Both the position numbers and the translations under genes were made by a program. Under the pieces are notes generated by a model. That model ran no database searches, was not told where the DNA came from, and was given only the letters and a program-made list of their open reading frames with translations. This document shows, one piece after another, positions 14,561-27,974 of a DNA stretch of 64,000 nt (the first letter of the stretch is position 1; each line of letters begins with the position of its first letter). Source of the DNA: Macrostomum lignano (Eukaryota). Location: NCBI GenBank assembly GCA_002269645.1, contig NIVC01002886.1, positions 1 to 64,000 of the forward strand. The letters are read 5' to 3'.

Positions 14561-17500
14561 TAGGCATGAGGATTGAGTGGCAATTACTAATTGGGAATGA
14601 CAATTGAAAGGTCATTTTAGGGGGCATGCATGAGGAATGAGAGGCAATTCTAGATGGGCTTTAGGACATGAGTTATCAAGTCTAAAGGAGATTCTAGTCC
14701 CATTAGTTTAGTAAGTATTTATTACTATATTCAATTCATTTTAATAGAATACAATTATAATATATTACAAAATGAAACTTATATAGCTCTTTCTTCATAT
14801 ACAAAATATTCACTAATTTTTCTGCTCTATTTGATTATTCATAGAATTTATATATATTATTTTAACAATTGTATAATATCATATCAGGCAAATAATAAAA
14901 TGATAAAGTACTAGTTCAAAATGTAATGCATAATAAGCATTGAGTGATATTATATGATCTACATATAAGTTTCGCATTTGAGTTGGCAGCTATCTAGGAG
15001 GAAATAAACATTAAACCTGGCCAACTGGTTAATAAACTCAGCTTTAGATATACTATTATATTTTTATTATATAAAGTCATATAAATCAATTTTTATTTAA
15101 ATATATATAACTCTAGGTATAATCAATTGTATTAGGCCTGTATCATTTTATCATTTTCTAAGCTTACAAAAAGAATAGTAACAAGTGTTTGTTTGCAATT
15201 AAGTAACTTATTATTAATGTAATAAAATGTTAAGCTCTACTTAATATTAATACTAAGGACAAGGTAATTAGGCCCTAGAGTTCTATTTATAGCTATAGGC
15301 TTTAGCTATAACCATAAGAAATTAATAGATATCAAGGTTTTTAGACAGAAATATAATATTTACAATTATATATAATGGCTAAAAGATTGGGTTATAAAAA
15401 TGCATATTTTAAATATAAAATAGGCCCTAGCAAACAAATTATTTATTCTAGCATATATTGCCAAAAGATGATGGCACTCATTATTTGTACATGTGGAAAT
15501 AGTATTATTATTATTTACATAGTAAATAAATACTAGTTTTATATACTGTATAGTACTCATAGCTATAGTCTAATTACATTTGACCTCAGGTTGAATCCAT
15601 CTTTTTGAAGGCAAATGAGTTCTATTAGGTTAAAAGGTTGAAATACCTTTTATACTTTACTTTACTAATAGTAATATTATTAATATTTAAATTATACTAA
15701 GACTAAGAGCTAATAAAAAATACTAAGGCCTAAGCTATAAACATATGAATCATACTTAAACTTCATTTATTGGCTTTAGTTAGTTTGTTGTTGTTAAACA
15801 GGGGTAGGAGGAGAAGCGTTGCCTATGGATCAGTCCTAGGGGGGCTCTGCCACATGGATCTTGCTGTGGGCCATACTACCAGAGGCTTAGAGCCTAAGAG
15901 GCCACTATTGGAACCAGAGCTCAGGACTCTGAGGAGAGCATGGAGCATTGGAGCTACTAACCTAAGCCTATGGACTAAGACACAACCAACCCAAAAGTGG
16001 AAATCAGGGACGGTGCTAGGACTGAGTCTATCCAGACAACCCCCCAGCAGACAAGTCTTTGGGTGTGCGTGAAAAATTAGAATTGAAAAAAGCTTGGATT
16101 ACTAATGAAAGTGCTCCAAGAGCAGGGAGACCCCAAAGTATATGGAAATGGCTTAAATTAATTGGAGCAAGTCTTGGGCAGCTTATTTACCAAGGGTGAA
16201 ACTCCTATCAGAGGGCCAAGAATCTCTTTTATAGGGCTGCAAGCCTCAAGGCTTTTTTACTGCCAGGCTCTAAACAATTGGAGCATTGCTAAAGCAAAGC
16301 TAGCTATTAGAATGAGTCTGGAAGGCTTATATCCAAGGGCGAGTCTCCTATTAAGCAGGATATAGCAACTATTTATAAGGCTGCAAGCCACAAGGGCATC
16401 ACCTATCCAGCTTTATATTGGAGGCCAGGCTAAGGGGTCGGGAAGGGGGCACCCAGGCAAGAGGACCCAGACTCAGCTGGTATCCTCGGTATAGGACAAA
16501 CATCCAACCCAGGACTCTATTCCACTATCAGGATGAGAGCAGGGAACTTCCAGAGGAGCCAGTAGGTGGACCAAGGCTAGGGAGCATGCTCATCAAGGCA
16601 AGATTGATAAACTTTAGAAAATTAAGGTGGCTTGAGTGCCAGGCTAAAACCGGGGAATAAAACATTGGAAATCAAACTTAGAGGATCATACAACCTCAGG
16701 GGCTCAGCCTTAGGGTTGGCATGCTACTGGGCTCTACTATACATCTTTGTGAATAGTCATTTCTTTCCTACAAGGCAGGTGCAACCGGGGGGGCTTAAGT
16801 CTTGTCTTAGCCACATTGCAGTCCAAAGATCATACTCACTCTGGGCATACCCCCTAAACCAAGGCCGAGAGCCAAAAAACTAATTGGAATGAAAAAGGAT
16901 TATTTTTAGAACAGGCACCTAGCCTTCCAGGGCGGACCCTTAGAAAATTGGGCTAGCTAGAACTAGGCCAATCGGATTGTGCACAACCCTTGGACAAGCC
17001 ACCAAGGAGGCAGCCAGGGCAAAAATAGTCAAAGACCATCTTTATGTTTAAAGATAATTTAAAAATTCATTATGAAATTAAAATATATAAAGATAATATT
17101 GAGTAGACTAGTCCTTGATAAGATTATTTATAAGGCATTTATTTTATGTACTGTGTAAATAATACTTGCAACTTAGTAAATAATGATTGACTAATAGTAG
17201 ACAAAATGATTTAATACTTGTGAGGCTGTGACAGATTATTAAATTTAATATTATGTAAATAATTAATAGGCCTCAGACCTATGTTTTGTATTTTGTATCA
17301 TTTATAGCTTGCCTATAGCAATAAGGATACTAGTTGTACCTGTACCAGAACCAGGGTACCAAGCCCTAACAAAAATGGCCACTTATAGTTATATTTGGAT
17401 AATTACCACAAATTAGACCTACCACAATAGTATAGGCCTAATACTAGATAGGGTAGGCTAGGCTGGAGTAGGTCCTAGGCTAGCCAAAAATAGGGTTTGG

Positions 17501-17830
17501 GATTTGGGTACATTTCTACCATAGGCCTAGGCAGTAGGCCTAATTTCTAAAAAAAACTTTTTAATATATAGAATAGAACTAGGCCCTAGTAGGCTCTATT
17601 ATATTATATATTATATATTATATATATTATAGATGTATATATATTATATATATATTTTTTTAATTGTTAATATAACACACATTTTACCAAAAGGCATTAA
17701 GCTTTGGACTTCGATTAGAAGTTGAACTATTAGTCTTAGGTCTAGGATTTAGAATAGGCCTAGCCTATTATAGGGGATTAGACTAGACCTAGCATGCACT
17801 AGCACCAATGATGCTGCAGCTGCAATGATG
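14560..17830. other. CpG-depleted, CTAG/TAGG-rich island (probably a hypermutated dead element)
   Basis: 11 CG counted by hand in 15721-17040 (1320 bp, roughly balanced GC), about 1 CG in 14700-15720. CG frequency returns at about 17850. Confidence 0.7.
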
Positions 17831-18526
17831 ATGCTGATAAGCATGAACCACACGTGATACAGTAGCGCAGTTACGGGACACTGGCCCTAGGGACCTAGGG
17901 TTTCACGAGTGAGTGTGACTCATTCCTTTTTTATCAGGGTCAGCGCACTATCAACTTAAGGATTAAACTGAGAGATTATGTATAAAAAATCACTCAGCGT
18001 TTTAAAAATAAAAGTTTATATCCGTTTATATCCGTGATAACTTTGCCTCAATTTAAAAAAATGTTGTTTTAGTTTGCACGTACGGTCATTTGAATTAGCA
18101 ATCGAGAATGGAGAAATTAGGATTTCACAGCCTAGCACAACAGAAAGACAGCTTGTTCATTCCCAACTTGAAAGTTTCTATAATAAGTCTAGCCACAATT
18201 GCTTCTCAATCGATGCAATTTAAAAACCGTGAAGTTCATCAGTTGACAATAACTTTATATACGAGCTATGATGGGAGTACGAAAGTTGCTCATCGGAAAT
18301 TTTCATAGACCCTTATATGGTATCTGATATATTGGTTTAAAACAATTTACTTAATTGCGTAATTTTGTTCTTCATACTGTTAATCAATGTTATGGCTATT
18401 AGATTCAAAAAACGAATACATGCATAGTGTACATAGAAGTTACAAATTTAGAGCGGGGAGGATTTTAATAGGCATACATAAGTCATGTCATCGACAGTGT
18501 GCCAGCCGTTAATTGACATACCGCAC

Positions 18527-18826
18527 TCAAAAGTGCGTTATTGGCTCGGTCTGCAGGCCCGTCAGCTCTGGCTCCGGCTTTTCGCCCTTCTCAGTTGGCA
18601 ACGGTTGGAACACGCGCAGGTGAATGAACTCCGAGTCGCCAATGCGCACCTTGGCAAAATAATTGGTGCCAGCAACTACCTGGCTGGCGAGCAGAACCGG
18701 TTCGAACTGGTCCACGGATCGGCCAAGGCGGCTCTTGACCTCGGCTTGCATGGCTGTTAGTAGAGTAACTTCCTCCTTTGTAGGCTTCCTTGGTTCGCTA
18801 ACTCCACCGCTGAGTTGTGTGGCCAT
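18527..18826 (-). CDS. CSTB: Type-1 cystatin (stefin A/B-like) cysteine protease inhibitor, 99 aa, intronless
   Basis: N-terminal GG, QVVAG (QxVxG) loop, second loop FQPLP, C-terminal ..ITHF, no signal peptide. AAAA-ATG-G start context. ATTAAA about 60 bp past the stop. Confidence 0.93.
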   Translation of the reverse strand: MATQLSGGVSEPRKPTKEEVTLLTAMQAEVKSRLGRSVDQFEPVLLASQVVAGTNYFAKVRIGDSEFIHLRVFQPLPTEKGEKPEPELTGLQTEPITHF

Positions 18827-19712
18827 TTTTTCAGTGGCTGGGGATCAGGAACTGCATCAAAAGGCAATGGAGTCGATGTATACAGTTTACAATACAAGAA
18901 TCTGAATCGACACACTGCACACATTTAGAGCCATACAAAATGAGGCTAAAATTTCTCCTGATCACCAGTTTTTTTGGAACATCAGTTGCGTAAACTGATG
19001 TCTCATTTGATGGGTCTTAGTTCATCAACATGAAAATTATCTGCTGCTATTGACGCAACTTACCTTAATGCTGGGCGTCAAGAATTCAAATCAGCTGGCC
19101 GTTCCGCAGTGACTTCAATTGCTAATCTATTAAGTTGCTTTATATTTATACAGAACTTTCATGTCCGTCAGTGTGGGCGAATGGAGCCAGTTGAAATTTC
19201 GATTGAAATCAGCATGTCTTGACTGAATGCTGCTGCGACTAAGCCTACAAGTAAGAATTCAGCTATTAGCACACAGCTACATTGATCTGTCACAGCATCT
19301 CAGTGTCAATGCAAGCTGCAGTGCTACTGTAATTTCTCTTTCAAAGCTTCGCGGGGTTAAACGCTGCCTGACCCCAAATTAGGTAAAATTGACGTGTTGA
19401 TATCAGAGGTTGCAATTTCCGGTTAGTTGGAAAGGATAGAAAATTGCAAGCTAATAAAGTTAATCAGTGTTTACGGATGCGATTGGGTTTTTTTCTGGCA
19501 TATTCGACTTCCAAGAAATGCTAAAGTCACACTTTCCTGGCTGATGCCTGAATCAGCGAATACCTGAGGCAATTCAGTTAACAGACGCGTTTGATTTGAA
19601 CTCTTTTTTTAATGGGTTTTTGATTAAAGGAAAATTCGCCTTTTGGTGATTAACAACTTGAGGATCTTGGACGCACAAATTAGTGGTAAACAGCTTGGGT
19701 CAAAGCAAAGGG

Positions 19713-20236
<524 letters not shown>

Positions 20237-20685
20237 ACTAAAATGCTGTCCTTTTATCCAACATCTTTATTTTCTCATGCTGACTGCAGTGCAGTTTCAG
20301 GCAGCATAATAATAATATGTAAGCCGGTTTGGCACTTCACACTGCACCGATGGACAGAAAAAATCGCATGCAGCGGAGCCGACTGAAATCGATACTCAGA
20401 CACATCTACAAGACAGAACACGGGCAAGAAAGACAGGCAAGGCGAGAAACGAGCATATCAAGCGTTATTGAAGAAAATTTTGTCATTTCCCTGATTCCCG
20501 TTGTGTTTATTCGTCAGGGCAGTCGTGAATACAGTATCCTGTAGGATGCTGCAGTGCAGCACCGTGTGAGCCAGACGAAGCCGAATCCGTCTGATTAGGA
20601 TGTACAGGAAAGCCTAGCATTGGATAAAAAACTCATGCCCTTTGCTTCGCTGAATTCTACGTAAAACAAAGTGCAACTGGTCCGT

Positions 20686-22472
20686 ACACACAATCCCAAC
20701 CAACTTTATTACCCAATGACCCACAATCCCAACCAACTTTATTACCCAATGTACGCACAATCCCAACCAACTTTATTACCCAATGTACGCACAATCCCAA
20801 CCAACTTTATTACCCAATGTACGCACAATCCCAACCAACTTTATTACCCAATGTACCCACAATCCCAAACAATTTTATTACCCAATGTACCCACAATCCC
20901 AAACAACTTTATTACCCAATGTACGCACAATCCCAACCAACTTTATTATCCAATGTACACACAACCCCAACCAACTTTATTACCCAATGACCCACAATCC
21001 CAAACAACTTTATTACCCAATGTACCCACAATCCCAAACAACTTTATTACCCAATGTACGCACAATCCCAAACAACTTTATTACCCAATGTACGCACAAT
21101 CCCAACCAACTTTATTATCCAATGTACACACAACCCCAACCAACTTTATTACCCAATGACCCACAATCCCAAACAACTTTATTACCCAATGTACCCACAA
21201 TCCCAAACAACTTTATTATCCAATGTACCCACAATCCCAAACAACTTTATTACCCAATGTACGCACAATCCCAACCAACTTTATTATCCAATGTACACAC
21301 AACCCCAACCAACTTTATTACCCAATGACCCACAATCCCAAACAACTTTATTACCCAATGTACCCACAATCCCAAACAACTTTATTTTCCCTATGTACCC
21401 ACAATCCCAAACAACTTTATTACCCAATGTACGCACACAATCCCAACGAACTTTATTACCCAATGTACGCACAATCCCAACGAACTTTATTACCCAATGT
21501 ACGCACAATCCCAACGAACTTTATTACCCAATGTACGCACAATCCCAACGAACTTTATTACCCAACGTACGCACAATCCCAACGAACTTTATTACCCAAT
21601 GTACGCACAATCCCAACGAACTTTATTACCCAATGTACGCACACAATCCCAACGAACTTTATTACCCAATGTACGCACACAATCCCAACGAACTTTATTA
21701 CCCAATGTACGCACACAATCCCAACGAACTTTATTACCCAATGTACGCACACAATCCCAACCAACTTTATTACCCAATGTACCCACAATCCCAACGAACT
21801 TTATTACCCAATGTACGCACAATCCCAACGAACTTTATTACCCAATGTACGCACACAATCCCAACCAACTTTATTACCCAATGTACGCACACAATCCCAA
21901 CGAACTTTATTACCCAATGTACGCACACAATCCCAACCAACTTTATTACCCAATGTAAGCACACAATCCCAACCAACTTTATTACCCAATGTACGCACAG
22001 AAACCCCAACCAACTTTATTACCCAATGTACGCACAGAAACCCCAACCAACTTTATTACCCAATGTACGCACAGAAACCCCAACCAACTTTATTACCCAA
22101 TGTACGCACAGAAACCCCAACCAACTTTATTACCCAATGTACGCACACAAACCCCAACCAACTTTATTACCCAATGTACGCACAGAAACCCCAACCAACT
22201 TTATTACCCAATGTACGCACAGAAACCCCAACCAACTTTATTACCCAATGTACGCACAGAAACCCCAACCAACTTTATTACCCAATGTACGCACAGAAAC
22301 CCCAACCAACTTTATTACCCAATGTACGCACAGAAACCCCAACCAACTTTATTACCCAATGTACGCACAGAAACCCCAACCAACTTTATTACCCAATGTA
22401 CGCACAGAAACCCCAACCAACTTTATTACCCAATGTACGCACAGAAACCCCAACCAACTTTATTACCCAATG
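20686..22472. repeat. 33-37-bp minisatellite CACAATCCCAACCAACTTTATTACCCAATGTACG, about 50 copies
   Basis: Direct inspection; unit length and sequence shift along the array. Confidence 0.96.
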
Positions 22473-22803
22473 TAAGCAAAGATTTTGCCCGCAACCAATC
22501 ATGTGCTGCAATGTGCTGCAATGTGCTGCTGTGTGCTGCTGGTATACTTTACGCATTAAAAATCGACCAAACTCCTTACCACTGAAGCACACAAAAAATT
22601 GGATGTACAATTTACACTCGAACTCTAGACTGCTAACAATGTACTCCAGTCCTTACATTTCACCCCATATCTAATATTCATGCTCATGCATAGATCATGC
22701 TACCCTCATGATGAAGGTTCTTGGAATCTAGTTCTGCATTTTATTATCTTTGGATTTAATTTTCCGTGACCGCCAGCCAGGACTTGTTTTGAAAAGATTG
22801 AAA

Positions 22804-22884
22804 GAGCATAGCAACTCAGGAGCATAGCAACTCAGGAGCAGAGCAACTCAGGAGCATAGCAACTCAGGAGCAGAGCAACTCAGG
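22804..22884. repeat. 16-bp tandem repeat GAGCA(T/G)AGCAACTCAG x5
   Basis: Direct inspection. Confidence 0.9.
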
Positions 22885-23763
22885 AAATTAATTCGCTAAT
22901 GGGTCACGCTTCAATGTGGGCGTGAGGATTTTCAGTTTTTTATTAATAAAATATACATAATCTTGGAGATCCGCGTCCAATTTGAGCCACTTCTAGGCCC
23001 CGTTTTTTCTCACAACTCCTTCCTTTTATCGCTTCCCAACTTTCTCGGGGAAAAATAATAATTTTAATAGCAGCTGGCGGCCCAAGCTAGTCCTGAACAG
23101 ATTTATAATGAACAGCAGCGGGTGGGGGCAATGAATCTTGATCAGCCCAAACCGAAGGGGATATTTCTTTGCAAGGCAATTTCCAATCTTATGCAGACCT
23201 GCTCGTATATTTGATGAAGCGCAGGTGAGCGCCAAGGCTAACAATATGGTGGCATAATCTGTCATTTTGCACCGGGCCACTTGCAGTATATATAGTCTGG
23301 CTTTTAATTTCTTGCCTGCATGGCTTATTCAAACTTTTTTCTTCTCTTCTCTCTTCTCTTTAATAGACATTCAGCTGTAAACAGAGGAGATTATAGGACC
23401 GAAACGACCGCCATTGGGCTGTAGTGGTAGGCTCTGCCTGCTTTCTCCTCTAACTCTCATTTATTCTGCAGTGCTTCTGTCGTTGCGCCAGTGATTGATA
23501 ATCTGCTTCCTGCTGCTATACTAGGGGGTAGCGTGCTAATTTTACTTCATCATGAGCTAATTTTTTACGACCGGGAATGCCCGGAGAATGGAGTCGAGAA
23601 AATTCAAAAGCAGCTGCTAGCTGTGGAAGCGGGGTTGGTTTCAGTGTTTATTTTTATATGGTTATATAAAAAATGTTTTGATTTAGCAAAGTTTCAGGTA
23701 AAAGTTTGATTGAACAGTCAGTGTTGCAGGTCAAATCAATGTAATGCATGTTTTAGAATATTA

Positions 23764-24030
23764 GACACACGACTTGGAGGTCGGTGGTTCGATTCCCGAT
23801 CCTACTCGAAACAATTTGTGTCCTTGAGCAAGACACTTTACTCTGCATTGCTTCAGTTCACCCAGCTGTAAAATGGGTGCCAGCATTAGCTGGGGTAATT
23901 GAGGGTGTGTGTGGCGACCGCCCAGTCCTTGGACTGAACAGCCGTACGCAGCCTTCAGATGCGCCGCGCAAATAGCTGCGGCTGAGCTGTCGGTTGCACA
24001 TCTGGCCTAGTTGGAGAAGGTGTATTATTA
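23764..24030 (+). mobile_element. tRNA-derived SINE copy 1 (5'-truncated)
   Basis: B-box GGTTCGATTCC at 23786. Body TCCTTGAGCAAGACAC...CTGTAAAATGGGTGCCAGC...GCTGTCGGTTGCACATCTG shared with four other copies. Confidence 0.85.
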
Positions 24031-24894
24031 TATTATGATTAGAATATGCATATATTCTACATGCTAAATAGAAAATAATGACTACAGCAGCAAGCACAGA
24101 GATATTTTTCCCAAAAATCGTTTTGATGCATTTACAAATAGAGTCAGGCTATCGGATCCGCCAGTTTGATCCGCCCCCCCTCTCCCCTGGTTGTCAGGGA
24201 GTCAGACAATCGTAGAACGCAGATGGAAGGAGGAATAGAAAAAAGCAGTAGTACTCGTAGTTGTTTCAACAAAAAGAGACAATCCAGACCTTGTTGGCAG
24301 CTGCAGCAGCTGCGAGCCGAGCTGTGTAAGCTGGAGGCACGCGTGGTAGAAAGAGGATTTAAAAGCTATTAGCTAATCACCCTGTTTTTCTGCATGGCTG
24401 AACTCCAAACTGCCTGTTCCTGTTGCGATTAACCCTCTGTCTTTCCGGGAAATACGTATAATAGGCTTCGTTTCGAATTCAACTGGGTGGCTGGTCCGAT
24501 GAGAATAACTCGAACTATTTATCCACTGCGTTAATTATAGGCACATTATCATCCAATCTGAGGAAGTTGAAACTTTCACCTGTGGAACCTCACTGGCACA
24601 TTAGGTGTATTCACGTGAAACTGCATCGGACCGTGAACTGGGAAATGCGTGAATTTCGGGAAAGACAGGGAGGAGTGGACAAGCCAAAGGGCCGAATTTA
24701 TTTCAGATGTGCTATCCATTTTCAGTAATTATACATGCACCTGTTAGGTAAGGGTCACTTAACAGTATCTTCCTCGCTTCTGATATTTCTGATACTCATT
24801 TTTAAGCACGCATTAGCTGATAGAAAATTCAATTTCGCTCCCTCTGCCTCCTCCCAGGCTCGTCACTCCATCCTCCTTACATCATAGTGTACGT

Positions 24895-25645
24895 AGGTCG
24901 TTTCTTTCCTTTCCATTGACACACCACCCGCTGGCACCCGCTTTCTCACTGTACAGTGTACATAGGTTCTTTATTTCCTTTCCATTGACACACCACCCCA
25001 CTCCGCTTTCTCACTGTACAGTGTACATAGGTTCTTTATTTCCTTTCCATTGACACACCACCCCACTCCGCTTTCTCACTGTACAGTGTACATAGGTTGT
25101 TTATTTCCTTTCCATTGACACACCACCCCACTCCGCTTTCTCACTGTACAGTGTACATAGGCCACTTATTTCTTTTCCATTGACACACCACCCCACTCCG
25201 CTTTCTCACTGTACAGTGTACATAGGTTGTTTATTTCCTTTCCATTGACACACCACCCCACTCCGCTTTCTCACTGTACAGTGTACATAGGTTGTTTATT
25301 TCCTTTCCATTGACACACCACCCCACTCCGCTTTCTCACTGTACAGTGTACATAGGCCACTTATTTCTTTTCCATTGACACACCACCCCACTCCGCTTTC
25401 TCACTGTACAGTGTACATAGGTTCTTTATTTCCTTTCCATTGACACACCACCCGCTGGCACCCGCTTTCTCACTGTACAGTGTACATAGGTTTTTTATTT
25501 CCTTTCCATTGACACACCACCCCACTCCGCTTTCTCACTGTACAGTGTACATAGGTTGTTTATTTCCTTTCCATTGACACACCACCCCACTCCGCTTTCT
25601 CACTGTACAGTGTACATAGGCCGCTTATTTCTTTTCCATTGACAC
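24895..25645. repeat. 65-bp minisatellite, about 11.5 copies
   Basis: TTCCATTGACACACCACCCCACTCCGCTTTCTCACTGTACAGTGTACATAGG...; period 65, two 68-69-bp variants about 524 bp apart. Confidence 0.95.
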
Positions 25646-26830
25646 CATTGTCTACTGTAGGGCGTATGCCGATTATTAACAGATAGTCCAATAGACGTGT
25701 CTAAGCTGACACCTAAATTTACAAAAATCAGACAAAATGGAAAAAATGTATTCAATAATGAAATTCTAAAAATAAGTGCATTAAATCGTCAATACGAGTA
25801 AAACTCAAACTCAAAGCATTGTTCGCCAGACATGATTATTATTGGGTGTGAAACTGTACTATGACCCAGTGTATATTCCCACTGTATATTCTCAAAGCGT
25901 TAAAAAGGCTCAACTAAAAGTCCTAGGCAGATGGGATGGCGACAAGTTACTTTTATTAATATTCCAAGACTACTATTCCCCAGCAGACACAGGACACAGG
26001 GAGATTACGAGTTGAAAGATTAGGGAATAAACTTTGTTTTACTCATAGTCCGCCGTAAAATTGATTGAAGAATAATAATCCGCGCAATCTGCCTGCCGGT
26101 TTTGGAAAATGAATTTAGTCAAGAGCTCCCCGACCCATCCAAGCGGTTAGGAAGACTTCCGTCTTCAAAGGTCTAAAGGTCTGGGGGGGGAGCTGCGGGA
26201 AAGCTAGAGCAAAGAGATGTTGCGTGTCTCAATGGTCTAGTTAGTTAAAGTCAATTAGCCGCTATTGAGGACCCCTGACGAAAATACTGCACATATCTTT
26301 AGTCCTGTGTGGGAGGTTGGAAGCCGAAACTATGCCAAAAGTTCCATATTTTGAAAATCACTTTGGATCCGATTCTATTCCTCATCAAGCACTGAGGCCG
26401 TCTGTTCTATCTTGGGGACATGTTGTAAAAAAATCCTTCTAAAGGAGATTAAAGAAGAAGACAAAGAGAAGCCGAGTCAAAGCAAAGAGCGAGGATATTC
26501 CGAGACGGTCGCACTTCCGCTGCCCCAGAGTGTAGGGACAATCTCCATCTACTTATACCCCTGATTAGATCCGCAGTTCTTCTTGGGTTCCTGGAGTTCT
26601 CGAATGTGGCAAGTCCTGGGCGAGTCCGAAATCGAATAATACGCCAATTCCCTGGGCGGCTCCTCAAAGGCTCGAATGGAATGAACGCCTGTCCAGTGCA
26701 TGCAGAAGAAATGTATGACAGTTCTTTTAGATAATACTATATACACAGTTGAGCCCTATCAGTGCGTTTCACGAATGATTGTTGCTTGTACATACAAGCT
26801 AGTAAAAGTGCAATTGTACAAGCTGCAAAA

Positions 26831-27427
26831 CAACAACAACAACAACAACAGAATACGTAGTTAGCGTCACAGGGCGCGCTTCAAGGCCGGGTCGCGAATG
26901 AACGCCACGCCGCCGGCCGAATCCGGGGCGCTGGCGTTAGCCAGCAGGCAGTCGACGAAACGCCGAGTGCGCGCCTGCCCTCGCCGGTAGAGTGCCTGCA
27001 GCGTTAGCAGCAGCACCTCCTGCACCGGCTGTGGGCAGTACGACTTGGCGCGGATGATGTGGCCTGCCAGCTGGAGTCGCCGACGGCGCAACAGGTCGCT
27101 TGGACGGACCAGGTGATACAAAGCCGGGTTGGTCACTCGCTCGTAGCCGATCTTGAAGGCGGCGCGCAGCAGGCTAGCATGCACCGCATCAACTTTTTGC
27201 TCGAGCGACTCCGTCAGCGTCCAGGTCTCGGCGTTGTACAGCAGGACGGTCTCGATCACCGCCTGGAACAACGCCGGCGCCGCCCTCTGGCGGTCAGGTA
27301 AGGCCTCGGACTGCAGGACTGCCCTCACAGAACGAAAGGCAGCCCAGGCAAGCCCGCGGCGACGCCGCAAATCCTCGCGGACGCCGGGAACCAGACCGCC
27401 GAGGTAGACGAACTGCTGACAACGCGG
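26831..27427 (-). mobile_element. RTE-clade non-LTR retrotransposon, 5'-truncated 3' end
   Basis: FVYLGG..RRRRGLAWAAF..LFQAVIETVLLYNAETWTL..RRRRLQLAGHIIR is the post-RT C-terminal region typical of RTE elements. (TTG)n tail at 26831-26850. TSD AAGCTGCAAAA (26820-26830) / AAGCTGTAAAA (27428-27438). Confidence 0.88.
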
Positions 27428-27974
27428 AAGCTGTAAAAAGAACGATTGTAACCACGAGGCATGTGGAGCTGTAGGCATGTGGATGATGTGGCGGGCCAGC
27501 TGGAGTGCTACAGCTGGTCGCTTGAACTGATCAGGCGATTGATCAGGACTGAGTATGCGTCACACTACCCAGAAGATAAAATTATTTCTAATACATTCTA
27601 GAGCGCGAAACAAATGTCTGTCCTAGTAAGCACTAGCGCATTTAATTCGGCGAAGAACAATAGTGGAAAATGTGGCGTCTGCTTGCTCACTGTCAATAAG
27701 AACAGAGAGAGACAAGTGCTGGCGTACTTGCTTTGCAAATACTCGAATTAGGAATCTTACTCCGCGCAAGGGAGAAACAGATAGCATCCGACGTGTCGTA
27801 TTATCAGAGCTGCAAAAACCTCCATAAGTGCAACTCAATGCACTCATCTAGAACCCTTTGCACGCAGAAACAATGGGTCTACATACTTCCCACAGCCCTT
27901 TTTCTCTTTAAATAACTTAAGAACTCATTTCTTCCTGCTTGCGAAGCTGATGCTGCAATCCTTATCTAACCCTT

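Noticed and set aside
14881-15600. Faint RNase H-like (WLKDW..FVHV) and MULE-like (TNN..ARINNLF) word matches in the CpG-poor island
   Set aside because: Stop density looks near random and motif spacing is wrong; needs a profile search.
20671-22674. Overlapping 150-480-aa ORFs
   Set aside because: Open in several frames because of the minisatellite; unlike 29640-30450 there is no signal exon or processing sites.
23026-23280. 84-aa minus-strand ORF with a hydrophobic N-terminus and KKYPLRFG
   Set aside because: The RFG motif is single and not followed by basic residues. The plus strand has competing splice-like signals with a frame break. Not supportable either way.
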